Source of the DNA: Escherichia phage RB3
Reading direction: 5' to 3' (one strand)
Sequence record: KM606994
Length of the DNA: 64,000 nucleotides
Made by a program: the position numbers and the translations under genes. Each line of letters begins with the position of its first letter. The stretch's first letter is position 1. A model generated the notes under the pieces. It had not been told where the DNA came from and searched no databases. It saw only the letters and a program-made list of their open reading frames with translations. Below, piece after piece: positions 39,249 to 49,428 of this stretch.

Positions 39249-39719
39249 TTAATCATGTTTCCACACCCCATCGGTATTTGACCAAAGTCGCTGATTATCT
39301 GATCCTCGCCACAGCTTTTTAGTCGGAAGATTTTTCTCATACTTCCCATCAATAATAACATCAACATATTTAAGCATTTCTAGTTGTTTAATATCTTCAA
39401 ACTTATATCCTGTCCACAACCAAATGCTTTTATTGGGATAAAGATTTTTTACTGTTTGAACAATGCAATGAATAACATCTCGATTGTCAGGATAGAGAGG
39501 GTCTCCTCCGGTTATAGTCAATCCTTCTATATAATCATTATTCAAACATTCAATTAATTGTTCTAGTGTTTCACCAGTGAATGGAATACCATTTCTAGCA
39601 TTCCATGTTGATTTATTATAACACCCTTCGCATTTATGCAAACAACCTGTAACGAAAAGAACGACCCTGCATCCAGGGCCATTCACGAAGCAGCACGGGT
39701 ATATTCTGTCATAATTCAT
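39249..39719 (-). CDS. nrdG: anaerobic ribonucleotide reductase activase NrdG (radical SAM, 156 aa from first ATG)
   Basis: CxxxCxxC cluster (CLHKCEGC); track start is TTG, first ATG gives the T4 NrdG length. Confidence 0.85.
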   Translation of the reverse strand: MNYDRIYPCCFVNGPGCRVVLFVTGCLHKCEGCYNKSTWNARNGIPFTGETLEQLIECLNNDYIEGLTITGGDPLYPDNRDVIHCIVQTVKNLYPNKSIWLWTGYKFEDIKQLEMLKYVDVIIDGKYEKNLPTKKLWRGSDNQRLWSNTDGVWKHD

Positions 39720-40546
39720 AATAATATCCAATTTTTCCAAGCTTCATCAGTAGAATTACAGCGTTTTAGTATAAGATGTCTAGAAACTTTTATGGCATTT
39801 GAGCACTTTTTAATTGAATCATATTTAATACCGTCAACTGAAACGGTTTTGCTAGTTGGAGAAATTTTTCCATACATTGGATTTTTTGAACCAACTTGAA
39901 GTCCTTTTAAAGCTTTTGAAAGCTTTTGTCTAGATTCCAATGACATGGGAGAATTCTTTTTACCTTCAATAATTCGCTTGCGATGAAGTTCGCGTTCTTC
40001 TTCACTCAAAGAATTGTAATATTTTTTAACACCGTTTGATATAGATAATTTATCTTTCTCAGACCGCTCTCCAGCTAATTTACTTCTAACATCTTTTCGC
40101 TTCATAGCTATGCTTACGGCTTTATTTAAATTTGCTTGATGCTCTGGCGTACGTTTATATTTCTTTAAAGCACGTGAAATAGCTATTTTAGTTTCTTCTG
40201 TTCTCTTTTTACCTTTATTTGCTAAACTATTTTTGCGGCGATGTTCAAGTGTCTGTTCATAGGCAGTTCCACCTTTTCCACCAGGTTTAATATTATATGT
40301 ATTTTCTTTTAGACAATACTCTTCGGTTACGAGTTCAGCTTCTTTATCATACATTTGTTTTTCATTATCAAAAACATGTAAAATTTCTTTATTAAAATTT
40401 TTTCTACCATATTTTAATAAAGCGGCACGAATCAATGTTCCTGACCCCATATAACCGTCATTTATGTTATCGGTGCTATGCGCACCGATATATTCCTTTG
40501 AATTAATTATATTTGTTATTTTATAAATTATATAATACCTATGCAT
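39716..40546 (-). CDS. free-standing GIY-YIG homing endonuclease (276 aa)
   Basis: N-terminal GIY-YIG motif (YYIIYKITN...EYIGAHST), basic DNA-binding C-terminal region; lies between nrdG and nrdD. Confidence 0.8.
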   Translation of the reverse strand: MHRYYIIYKITNIINSKEYIGAHSTDNINDGYMGSGTLIRAALLKYGRKNFNKEILHVFDNEKQMYDKEAELVTEEYCLKENTYNIKPGGKGGTAYEQTLEHRRKNSLANKGKKRTEETKIAISRALKKYKRTPEHQANLNKAVSIAMKRKDVRSKLAGERSEKDKLSISNGVKKYYNSLSEEERELHRKRIIEGKKNSPMSLESRQKLSKALKGLQVGSKNPMYGKISPTSKTVSVDGIKYDSIKKCSNAIKVSRHLILKRCNSTDEAWKNWILL

Positions 40547-42356
40547 GTTTTACTCGTTTTACCATTTCTTTCATTTTACCTAAATTCCATGGGACAACGC
40601 TAGGAGTTCCAAGATATCCGCATGTTCTTCTTATTGTGTTCATCTTTTTGGGATCAGTTTCTCCACAAATAGAACAAACAAATCCGTTTTCAGTAGGAGT
40701 CATTTCATGGGTACTTCCGCATGTAAAACATTTATCTACTGGCATATTAACACCAAAATAATCTAAATGTTGTGCAGCATAATCCCATACGGCCTCAAGA
40801 CCCTTTAAGTTATTTTTCATATCAGGAAGTTCAACATAAGAAATGTGACCACCTGTCGCAATGAAATGATATGGCGCTTCACGAGAAATCTTTTCAAACG
40901 GAGTAATATTTTCTTCTACTGAAACATGGAAACTGTTAGTGTACCAACCTTTATCGGTAACATCTTTTACGCTTCCATATTTTTCTGTATCGAGTTTACA
41001 GAAGCGATAACAAAGGTTTTCAGCAGGAGTCGAATATAAACTAAAAGCAAATCCAGTTCTTTCAGTCCACTGTTTAAGATGAGCATTCATTTTAGTTAAA
41101 ATTTCCTGTCCAATATCACGACCGACAAGAATATTCAATTCATGAATACCAATGTATCCTAGGGACACTGAACTTCTACCGTTTTTAAATAACTCAATTA
41201 TGTCGTCATCAGGTTTAAGACGAACCCCGAATGCACCTTCTTGGTAAAGAATAGGAGCAACAGTAGCTTTAACTCCTTTTAAGGAACTAATTCTACACAT
41301 CAAGGCTTCAAAACACAGGTCCATTCGCTCATCAAACAATTCAGTAAATTTCTGTTCATTGAACTGTGTTCCAATATAAGAATCTAACGCGATGCGAGGA
41401 AGATTCAGTGTTACAACACCAAGATTATTACGTCCATCAAGAATTTCATTACCAGTCGAATCTTTCCATACGCTCAAGAAACTACGGCAACCCATTGGAG
41501 AAACAGGAACAGATGAACCAGTGATAGCTTTATTGTTCTTAGCTGAAATAATATCAGGATACATCCTTTTGCTTGCACACTCTAGAGCAAGCTGCTTAAT
41601 ATCATAGTTCGGATCGTCTTTGTAAAGATTAACGCCTTCTTCGACGAACATAACAAGCTTAGGAAAAATAGGAGTTATCCCATCACGACCGAGACCTTTA
41701 ATACGATTTTTCAGAATTGCTTTCTGAATCATTCGTTCAGTCCAGTCAGTTCCCGTACCAAATGTAATTGTTACAAAAGGAGTTTGTCCGTTTGAACTAA
41801 AGAGAGTATTTACTTCATATTCATAAGCTTGGAATGCATCGTATACGTCTTTTTCTGTTTTAGATTGAGCATAATTCAACGCATCGGCGATTTGCCATTT
41901 TTCTGCATCCTCAATATGTTTTGCATAGGTGCGTTTAACATAAGGAGAAAGTACTTTATCTACATTAGCAAAAGTCGTTCCGCCATATTGGTGAGAAGCA
42001 ACCTGTGCAGTAATTTGTGCCATAATTGCAGTAGCAACACCGATTGATTTAGGAGTTTCAATCTGCGCATTACCAAGCTTAAATCCGTTCTCAAGCATTC
42101 CTTTTAAATCTACTAAACAGCAATTAGTAAATGGAAGAGCAGGGGAATAATCAATATCATGGAAATGGATAATTCCGCTTTCATGCGCTTTCATAATAAA
42201 AGACGGGACCATATTTTTGGCAATGTGTTTAGACACAATACCAGCCATAAGGTCCCGTTGAGTTGGAAAAACACGAGAATCTTTATTAGCATTCTCGTTT
42301 AAAAGGTCTTTATTAGTTTTATGAATCAATCCTTCAATTTCTTTTTCAATTGTCAT
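40539..42356 (-). CDS. nrdD: anaerobic ribonucleoside-triphosphate reductase NrdD (605 aa), uninterrupted
   Basis: C-terminal glycyl radical motif RRTCGYLG and Cys zinc site; single ORF, no intron. Confidence 0.92.
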   Translation of the reverse strand: MTIEKEIEGLIHKTNKDLLNENANKDSRVFPTQRDLMAGIVSKHIAKNMVPSFIMKAHESGIIHFHDIDYSPALPFTNCCLVDLKGMLENGFKLGNAQIETPKSIGVATAIMAQITAQVASHQYGGTTFANVDKVLSPYVKRTYAKHIEDAEKWQIADALNYAQSKTEKDVYDAFQAYEYEVNTLFSSNGQTPFVTITFGTGTDWTERMIQKAILKNRIKGLGRDGITPIFPKLVMFVEEGVNLYKDDPNYDIKQLALECASKRMYPDIISAKNNKAITGSSVPVSPMGCRSFLSVWKDSTGNEILDGRNNLGVVTLNLPRIALDSYIGTQFNEQKFTELFDERMDLCFEALMCRISSLKGVKATVAPILYQEGAFGVRLKPDDDIIELFKNGRSSVSLGYIGIHELNILVGRDIGQEILTKMNAHLKQWTERTGFAFSLYSTPAENLCYRFCKLDTEKYGSVKDVTDKGWYTNSFHVSVEENITPFEKISREAPYHFIATGGHISYVELPDMKNNLKGLEAVWDYAAQHLDYFGVNMPVDKCFTCGSTHEMTPTENGFVCSICGETDPKKMNTIRRTCGYLGTPSVVPWNLGKMKEMVKRVKHA

Positions 42357-42826
42357 TTTAAACTCTTTCTAAGCTGCTTCTTAAATGAAGCTATTAACTG
42401 TGTTTTGGTGTCAGATTCATTATATTCAAATCCTCTTTGAAGCATCTCGGCCATCATTTCCTCTTTTCCTAAACGAGAAAATTCCTTTGATTTATCTCCA
42501 ACAAAGTTAGGGTGAATATTATTTTGGGTGTAATCGGATTTTAAATAAGTAAGTAAATTTTCTAACCATTCAAGATAATCAACACCTTGTCCCTTTAAGC
42601 CAGAACGATTAAATTTATGCTTCATTTGACCTTCTGCGGCATTGCAGAGATTACAAAGCAATCCACGCACCTTTCCTGCTTTTGGTCCATTTAATTCATG
42701 GTCATGGTCGAGGTGATTAGCTTGAACATCAGGATTTAGTTCTCGTTGGCAAATTAAGCATTTACCGTTTTGTGCATTATAAAATTTTTGTTTTTCTTCT
42801 TTGTATAATTTGCCAGTCAATAACAT
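42353..42826 (-). CDS. 49: endonuclease VII (Holliday junction resolvase, 157 aa)
   Basis: Zn-binding CLICQ...CNLCN and HDH motifs; length as T4 gp49. Confidence 0.88.
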   Translation of the reverse strand: MLLTGKLYKEEKQKFYNAQNGKCLICQRELNPDVQANHLDHDHELNGPKAGKVRGLLCNLCNAAEGQMKHKFNRSGLKGQGVDYLEWLENLLTYLKSDYTQNNIHPNFVGDKSKEFSRLGKEEMMAEMLQRGFEYNESDTKTQLIASFKKQLRKSLK

Positions 42827-42867
42827 AATAAACCCTTACCTTAAATAGATAAGGGTATTTATTATTT

Positions 42868-43371
42868 TCAAGTATTGTAAAACATTTGATTCAATCGCTT
42901 ATATTGCCGAATCTTTTGGTCAGAAAAAGAAATTTGGGTTTCAAGCCATTCAATATATTCTGCCGCAGCTTGCATCAAATTTCCTTCATAGCCATCGTTA
43001 TTTTCTTGTGCAGCTAATTTAGCTAATGCGTATGAAATACGTTCACCTTGAAAATCAGCTTTAGGCTTCTGAACAACTTGATTAGTTCTCTCTACAACTT
43101 CTTCAATTTCGCCATTTTCTACTGATTCAGTATTCCACAAGCACCAATACGTAATTGGCTTATCGTAGATGTTAATAATCTTTCCATCAGAAAGTTCAAT
43201 TTCAATAATTCCAGTGTCAGGCTCTATATCATCTTCACATTCTTTTGCGAGTTCACGAACTTTAAAGACAGTACCTGCACTAAGTTCCGGCCAGTAATTA
43301 CACAGCCCTGTATCAGCACGATTAATTCTAAACCACTTATCTACTGTAATCATGTCCCATCTCCATATCAA
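42868..43371 (-). CDS. hypothetical protein (167 aa; 161 aa from second Met)
   Basis: ORF track; size and position compatible with T4 pin region, sequence not recognised. Confidence 0.4.
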   Translation of the reverse strand: MIWRWDMITVDKWFRINRADTGLCNYWPELSAGTVFKVRELAKECEDDIEPDTGIIEIELSDGKIINIYDKPITYWCLWNTESVENGEIEEVVERTNQVVQKPKADFQGERISYALAKLAAQENNDGYEGNLMQAAAEYIEWLETQISFSDQKIRQYKRLNQMFYNT

Positions 43372-43476
43372 TTAAGTCATTTATCGTTGGTTCATTATAT
43401 ACTGTTTCTTCATCAGTGTAAACCGGTTCTTCCGGCTCTGGCTCTACAGTTTCCCATCTAGCCGCCCACCAAGGTT

Positions 43477-43797
43477 TTATAGCGTAATCCATTCTCGTAC
43501 TGTCTGAGTTACTACACGTTCATGGGGCTCGACTAGTTCAACAGTCGGAACTGCATAATACCAGTCAGAATGATAAGAACCTGACCGAGATTCATTTACA
43601 GCCACATGTACATTATGTTTTGGACTAAAGTAAACACACTGACGATATTGACATTTACCATCTTGCACCCAGTCTTCTATTTCGACAGGTTTAAGATAAT
43701 CGGAAAAATCGAAATCATAGTTTTCCGAAAATGCATCATGGTCTTCAATGATTTCGCTCAGAACTGCATCAACATCTAATTTATTTTCAATAGTCAT
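43477..43797 (-). CDS. hypothetical protein (106 aa)
   Basis: ORF track. Confidence 0.4.
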   Translation of the reverse strand: MTIENKLDVDAVLSEIIEDHDAFSENYDFDFSDYLKPVEIEDWVQDGKCQYRQCVYFSPKHNVHVAVNESRSGSYHSDWYYAVPTVELVEPHERVVTQTVREWITL

Positions 43798-43981
43798 TTT
43801 TTCACCAATTAATTTCGCAATTTATTAAGTTCTTCATCATCAATCCAGGATTCTAGTCCTGATGGCAGGGCACATTCAATTTCCCAAAGAAGTTCTTCAA
43901 TTTTCTGAAGACGATCTAGTTCTTCGGCTGGAATAGTAACCATTGACGGAGCTCGTGATACATTAATATCGTAAATCATAT

Positions 43982-44197
43982 TTACCCCAATTTAACCATA
44001 CAATCGCCGTATTTCCACTTAGAAATAGACTTTTCACCATTAGAATAATAAACTTCGAGTTTAGCACGATTATTTTTAATTTGAATAACCTTGGCTGTCA
44101 TCAAAGTTCCATACCCATAATAAACTGCAACTTCATCACCTACATATACCGCGCTTCCGCGGTAATCATGAATATAGTCAGTTCCTTCGAGCATCAT
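43982..44197 (-). CDS. hypothetical protein (71 aa)
   Basis: ORF track. Confidence 0.4.
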   Translation of the reverse strand: MMLEGTDYIHDYRGSAVYVGDEVAVYYGYGTLMTAKVIQIKNNRAKLEVYYSNGEKSISKWKYGDCMVKLG

Positions 44198-44457
44198 TTA
44201 AAATATTCTCGCAGTTGGTCAAATCCACCAATATGACTTCCATCAGGAGCAAATACCTGGGGCATTGTCAAGCCGATTTGAGTATCACGACCTAGTTTAG
44301 TCAGAAGCTCAGCGATTTTCTCATCATCAAAAACACCTTTTTCCGGCATAATGTTGATAAATTCAAACGGCTGTTTCTTCACGGTCAAAAGACGTTTTGC
44401 ATTATCGCAATACACACATTTATGAATGTTGCTATCATAACCATATACTTTAAACAT
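44194..44457 (-). CDS. nrdC: thioredoxin/glutaredoxin NrdC (87 aa)
   Basis: CVYC active site; length and sequence as T4 NrdC. Confidence 0.85.
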   Translation of the reverse strand: MFKVYGYDSNIHKCVYCDNAKRLLTVKKQPFEFINIMPEKGVFDDEKIAELLTKLGRDTQIGLTMPQVFAPDGSHIGGFDQLREYFK

Positions 44458-44458
44458 A

Positions 44459-44842
44459 TTATTCCTTAATTCCTAGTACTTGTTTAAAAGTCTCGTCGTA
44501 ATCAAGACTTTGGCCCGTTTGTTCTTTATGTTTGTATATAATATCACTTACTTCTGATAGCATATTTTTATATGAACGAGTTAAAGCAGATTTAAGCACG
44601 CTGTATCTATCAGGAAATTTACCATGTTCATTATAATAAGCTATTGCTAATTCACGGACTGCCTTTTCAGCAGTCTCCATATATTCTTTACGCTTTGTCA
44701 TTTTCTTCTCGGTCAAATCGGTGTTTACAATGGCGACATTTATAACGAAGATTATTAGTCTGCCAATGGACCAATTGCACCTGTTCAGTTCCACATTCAG
44801 GGCAATTAGGAACGTTTTTAGAAGCACGTTCGCGGCGTTCAA
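44459..44842 (-). CDS. hypothetical protein (start uncertain, likely internal)
   Basis: ORF track; overlaps next ORF in another frame. Confidence 0.35.
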
Positions 44843-45002
44843 CCATGACCATTACAGAATCCCAATTAATAGGGCTGCTGTAATCATCACAACCATGAAT
44901 CTTTCCACGCATTTCTAGATCGTCTTCTTCACCAGCCATAATAATTTTAATTAGACTAGAATTACTTGAAGCTGCAATGTCTTCTAATAGACGCTTTTTC
45001 AT
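44688..45002 (-). CDS. small zinc-finger protein (104 aa)
   Basis: CPECG...CRHCKH motif. Confidence 0.4.
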
Positions 45003-45928
45003 TTCAATACCTCAATAGCATTACGTAAACCATTTGCTTTTGCATTAAGAGCTTTTAACAATTTGGTGTGTTCTGCAATTTGGGCTTCAACTTCAGTCAA
45101 ACGGGCATTGAGATATTCACGTTCTTCACTCAGATTATCAACCTTTTCTACTTTAGGCTCTTTTACAACTGTCTTATATGTATTAGGGTTCTTCAGTTTA
45201 ATTAGAATGCGTGAACTGTATAACATTGAACCATTATCTTCGGTTTCGTCATACATTTCCACTACGTCCATAATTTTTAACATCATGCGGAGTTTATAAG
45301 ACAACGAACGAATAGTTTTGTTGTGCTTATTAATTTCTTTAGCTGTCATGGTGCCAAGATTACGTGAGTAATAATAAGGAACCTGGATATTAATTAATAC
45401 TGATGAACCACCTGGCTTGTGTGTTACTTCATCAGCAATAACCCAGTCCTTAACATGAACTGTATTTGTACGGTCATCGCCTGCAGTAAACAGCTTGCGA
45501 GCATGCTTAAAAAGCATATTCACTTGGTCATTGAATTGACAAGCAAATTTATCAGCAAATTTAGTTTCAGGAATGGTAGATAACCAATCAGCCAAATGGG
45601 TCTTTTTAACATCGTTAACAATAGTAAATTGAACCAAATCGGTTATAGATGTCGCAGATTTAATGAAGCTCGGCTTCATAAAGTTTTTAATGTTATCACG
45701 AGCTACAGTAGAAGATAACATACGAGAACGTTTAAACCATTCAAGCAAATTGCCTAACGAATGAGAATAAGCGTTTTGAGTATCTTTACAGATATGATTT
45801 TCCTGACCAACATATTGAAGGAAATCACGAAGAATATTATTGATTACTGCTCTGTGCCCGATCTGATAATTACGGTGTTTAGTAATAAGACTATCAAAAT
45901 AATCAATATAATGTTTACGAGTTTTCAT
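44999..45928 (-). CDS. uncharacterized protein with C-terminal coiled coil (309 aa), array member 1
   Basis: ORF track; ATG start; heptad-like C-terminus. Confidence 0.5.
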   Translation of the reverse strand: MKTRKHYIDYFDSLITKHRNYQIGHRAVINNILRDFLQYVGQENHICKDTQNAYSHSLGNLLEWFKRSRMLSSTVARDNIKNFMKPSFIKSATSITDLVQFTIVNDVKKTHLADWLSTIPETKFADKFACQFNDQVNMLFKHARKLFTAGDDRTNTVHVKDWVIADEVTHKPGGSSVLINIQVPYYYSRNLGTMTAKEINKHNKTIRSLSYKLRMMLKIMDVVEMYDETEDNGSMLYSSRILIKLKNPNTYKTVVKEPKVEKVDNLSEEREYLNARLTEVEAQIAEHTKLLKALNAKANGLRNAIEVLK

Positions 45929-45980
45929 GTTCTTCTCACTTGGTTAATGATTTATGCTCCGAGCCATCCTTGGCTTTAAA

Positions 45981-46982
45981 TTACTTAATTAACTGTAAAG
46001 CTTGTTCCAAACGATCAAGACGATTAACAGATTCTTCCCAAATCTTTTTAGCCTGCTCATATTCTTTCTGCGCTTTATTAGAAATTTCTAGAACTTCCTT
46101 ATAAGCTTTTTCTAGTGCAATAACTTCTGGACGAATTTCTATCGGTTCAGGTGAATCGTCAAGACATTCCATTAGTTCCTCAAGGGTAGTTTCTTCTTTA
46201 GGAGTATTCACAATTTCATCACATTTTTGTTGGTAAATTTCTTTATCAGTAGGTGAATAAGCACATTTCACTTCACGAAGGCTAATTACGAGTTTATATC
46301 CTTCCCAACCACCCATATTTTTGAAAGGATATGTATGAATACTTTTTACAGTTTCCATACAATCCAAAGCCGTCTCTAATTGACGAGTTATAGTGCTAGC
46401 AATTGAGAAAAATTTATTAATATTCTTTTGGTTAGCTTCTGGTGTAAAAAATTCGTAATTCACAAAAATAGCTACTTTATTTTTATCAAGCTCATATTCT
46501 TTTACGATAATCATATCAGAAGCCAAAGGATGAATTTGACGATAATCGCCATAACATAATTTAGAAGCTGATTTTAGAATTTGTCCTTTAAAAAGTCTGA
46601 AATTACTAATCCAACGACGAGTAAAAATATTCTTAGGGTCTTCTTTGATATTAAGATGATAAGAATTAACATCACCGAACCAATTGTATCCTATTACACC
46701 TTTAGTTCGTTTAATTTCTTTCCCAAAATTACCAAGAATATCCCGATTAACCAAATATGAAAGAAGACGAGACCCTTTAAAGATTATCTTAATATCATCT
46801 TTATCTACACGGCTAGAAATTTCACGAACTTCATGAATAAATTTACTGGAAGAAACAATACTTGCATCAATACTGCTGAGCCATTGATTGATAATAGAAA
46901 GAACAGCGTTCTGACTAGACATGGGTTTAACTTTATCATCAATAACGCTATTGAATGATTTGATATATTCGTTACGAGTCAT
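45981..46982 (-). CDS. uncharacterized protein with C-terminal coiled coil (333 aa from first ATG), array member 2
   Basis: Track ORF trimmed to ATG with GAGGAG RBS, downstream of promoter at 47011-47040. Confidence 0.5.
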   Translation of the reverse strand: MTRNEYIKSFNSVIDDKVKPMSSQNAVLSIINQWLSSIDASIVSSSKFIHEVREISSRVDKDDIKIIFKGSRLLSYLVNRDILGNFGKEIKRTKGVIGYNWFGDVNSYHLNIKEDPKNIFTRRWISNFRLFKGQILKSASKLCYGDYRQIHPLASDMIIVKEYELDKNKVAIFVNYEFFTPEANQKNINKFFSIASTITRQLETALDCMETVKSIHTYPFKNMGGWEGYKLVISLREVKCAYSPTDKEIYQQKCDEIVNTPKEETTLEELMECLDDSPEPIEIRPEVIALEKAYKEVLEISNKAQKEYEQAKKIWEESVNRLDRLEQALQLIK

Positions 46983-47010
46983 AATAATCTCCTCAGTAGA
47001 AAGTAAGAAC

Positions 47011-47040
47011 ATTATACCACATCCTTGTGGTAAAGTAAAC
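47011..47040 (-). promoter_or_regulatory. early promoter, exact duplicate of the 2418-2447 promoter
   Basis: Identical 30-mer attataccacatccttgtggtaaagtaaac. Confidence 0.6.
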
Positions 47041-48062
47041 TAGTTCAGTGCATTTAGTGCATTGCTCAGTTTAGAACGTTGCTTCGTGAGATTTTTGACT
47101 TTTTCTTGTGCTTTTTCTAGCATCTTTTCAGCTTCTAACACTTCATTAGTTGCTTTAACGAGTTCATCATCTACTGCCTTGATAGACTTCTCAATCGCAT
47201 CCGCGTGCCATTTTTCAACAGGTTTAAGACTCGGATTTTCAACAGGAAGAAAATTCACTTTATTGAATTTCCATGCATCTTTATTACCTGAGCTATACAT
47301 CCAAAATTTAGGATCGTTTGATAAGTAATTGGATAAATTTAAGTTATCTTGCACTTCCTGCTTTTTCTCTTGCGGGACTTCGTCCTTTCTCAAAAAATCG
47401 TATTTAAATGAAACGATCATATCAAGTTCATATGTTGTTGTATGTTCCCAATTTCGCTCAAAACGAGGTAAAATCTTAGATTGAACAGCAGCAACAACAT
47501 CCATATACTTAAATGCTTCTGTCAACTGCGATTTAAGGCATTCACAAATTGAAAGAGAATTTTTTGTATTAGGTTTAAAGCTAATTCGCGCAGTTCTATT
47601 ATTTTCTTTTAATGGTCTTACTTCCATCTGAAGAGTATAACCATCAAATTTCAGGTTCTTTAAGTTAATATCAGAGCCTTTTAATCGACTAGCAGTAGAC
47701 AAAATTTGCTTTAATTGTTTACGGAATAGAGCAATAAATCTCCATTCAATACGATAATGATTTGGATTGAAAAATCCAGATGATAAATCGACCTTACTTT
47801 GACCAACGCCTTGAACAATCAAAGGATTTTTATAATCAATAGTTTTACAGAAATCGGTGAGCTGTTCACGAGCAGTCATTTGTGTAATATACCCTGCTTT
47901 ACTAAAATTACGCACCCATTCACTGCTATTCGTATACTTAAAGTGATGAATAACACGATTAACTTTATCAGGGTCTAAATTATTTTCACACAAAAATGTC
48001 ATAACATCACGAGTATAGCTGGCATTACGAACCATATCTTCAATTTGAGAACGAGTTTTCAT
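47040..48062 (-). CDS. uncharacterized protein with C-terminal coiled coil (340 aa), array member 3
   Basis: ORF track; ATG start with AAGGAA RBS. Confidence 0.5.
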   Translation of the reverse strand: MKTRSQIEDMVRNASYTRDVMTFLCENNLDPDKVNRVIHHFKYTNSSEWVRNFSKAGYITQMTAREQLTDFCKTIDYKNPLIVQGVGQSKVDLSSGFFNPNHYRIEWRFIALFRKQLKQILSTASRLKGSDINLKNLKFDGYTLQMEVRPLKENNRTARISFKPNTKNSLSICECLKSQLTEAFKYMDVVAAVQSKILPRFERNWEHTTTYELDMIVSFKYDFLRKDEVPQEKKQEVQDNLNLSNYLSNDPKFWMYSSGNKDAWKFNKVNFLPVENPSLKPVEKWHADAIEKSIKAVDDELVKATNEVLEAEKMLEKAQEKVKNLTKQRSKLSNALNALN

Positions 48063-48070
48063 GGTGTTCC

Positions 48071-48958
48071 TTAAGATTTAAGTAAATCAACAATTTTAAT
48101 TAACTTTTCACGCTCAGATTTAGCTTTACTACTCAGTCCAGATAGTCTGAAAATTTCATCATCATATTGCTGAATAGAAATATTCAGCTCTTCAATCTGC
48201 TTATTAAAATAATCAATTTGTTCAGAATGTTTTTCGTTACTACGAACTGGTACAGGTTTTGTAGGTAATTTAGATGAACTGGATTCATCCGGGCGATAAA
48301 TTAAAATACAACTTGAACCAATTGGACATTTTGCACCAGATGAATATTCTAATGTTCCGGCTTCTTTTAAAACTTCAAAAGCTAAACAGAGATGATGCCC
48401 CATATTAACATAATCAGTAGAGCGAGCTCTGACGTAATAATCATCTCCACGAGTACTAAATTTAAAGCATTTAAGGTCTTCTGTATTATTGGTCTTAAAA
48501 ATCATTTGTTTATCTAGACCTTTAGCTAATCGAGCGCCTAATGCTAATAATCGTCGTTGATTTTCCCACAAATCCGCAATCATTTGATCGAATGATAATT
48601 TCGGCATTAGTCGACCATAAAGGTCATATCCTTTATTATAATTGCGAAGGATTTCACTCGCATTAATACGAGACAACGCTCCAATTTTATTAAGGGCTTT
48701 CATGATGCGATTAGATAAACCCATTCCAGACCCGTTTGTTCGTTGTAAATGTTTATCTAATCCAAACCCAATATCAACTTTAAATTTATCTAAAATTTCA
48801 GCATGAACATCTCTGTCAATAACATTCAAATCCAAAGTTGGGTTAAATCTATGAAAAAATTTATCTGGCTCTCCACGACGAAGTACAGTCCATTCATTCA
48901 ATTTTTTATTAACTAAAGATTTAATTACTGCATTGACATTATTAATTACTACTGACAT
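48071..48958 (-). CDS. uncharacterized protein with C-terminal coiled coil (295 aa from first ATG), array member 4
   Basis: Track start is TTG; first ATG has GAGGA RBS. Confidence 0.5.
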   Translation of the reverse strand: MSVVINNVNAVIKSLVNKKLNEWTVLRRGEPDKFFHRFNPTLDLNVIDRDVHAEILDKFKVDIGFGLDKHLQRTNGSGMGLSNRIMKALNKIGALSRINASEILRNYNKGYDLYGRLMPKLSFDQMIADLWENQRRLLALGARLAKGLDKQMIFKTNNTEDLKCFKFSTRGDDYYVRARSTDYVNMGHHLCLAFEVLKEAGTLEYSSGAKCPIGSSCILIYRPDESSSSKLPTKPVPVRSNEKHSEQIDYFNKQIEELNISIQQYDDEIFRLSGLSSKAKSEREKLIKIVDLLKS

Positions 48959-48965
48959 ATTTTCC

Positions 48966-49373
48966 TCACTCAATTTCAATTTTACTAAATACGCAGAATA
49001 TGATGGAAAAGACTATATAAGCACCGCATACAGATTGAACTAATACCATTCCAAAGAACCAAACAATATTATCAAACAATGTCTGTTTTACGTCGAAAGG
49101 ACGTAAACTTACAATAATATTATCACCTTTTTCTATTGAAGAATACATCTCTGGTGAAATATATTCGCTAAATCTATAACCGTCATTTAGTTCATATACG
49201 GCAATAAACGATAAACTAGACCCCTTTCCTTGAGTTCCTGTAAGGGTATTAACTACAGTAACATCATAATCTTTATAATGCATATAATCATTAATAGCAT
49301 AATAACCATATGCAACTACTACACATAAACAGCATATCAATAAATTCAATCTTTTAATTATCAACTGTTTCAT
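48966..49373 (-). CDS. membrane protein (135 aa, N- and C-terminal TM helices)
   Basis: ORF track; hydrophobic segments at both ends. Confidence 0.45.
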   Translation of the reverse strand: MKQLIIKRLNLLICCLCVVVAYGYYAINDYMHYKDYDVTVVNTLTGTQGKGSSLSFIAVYELNDGYRFSEYISPEMYSSIEKGDNIIVSLRPFDVKQTLFDNIVWFFGMVLVQSVCGAYIVFSIIFCVFSKIEIE

Positions 49374-49428
49374 AATAATCTCAATTAAAAGGGCTTAGAA
49401 CCATTATACCATCCTTGGTATAAAGCGG

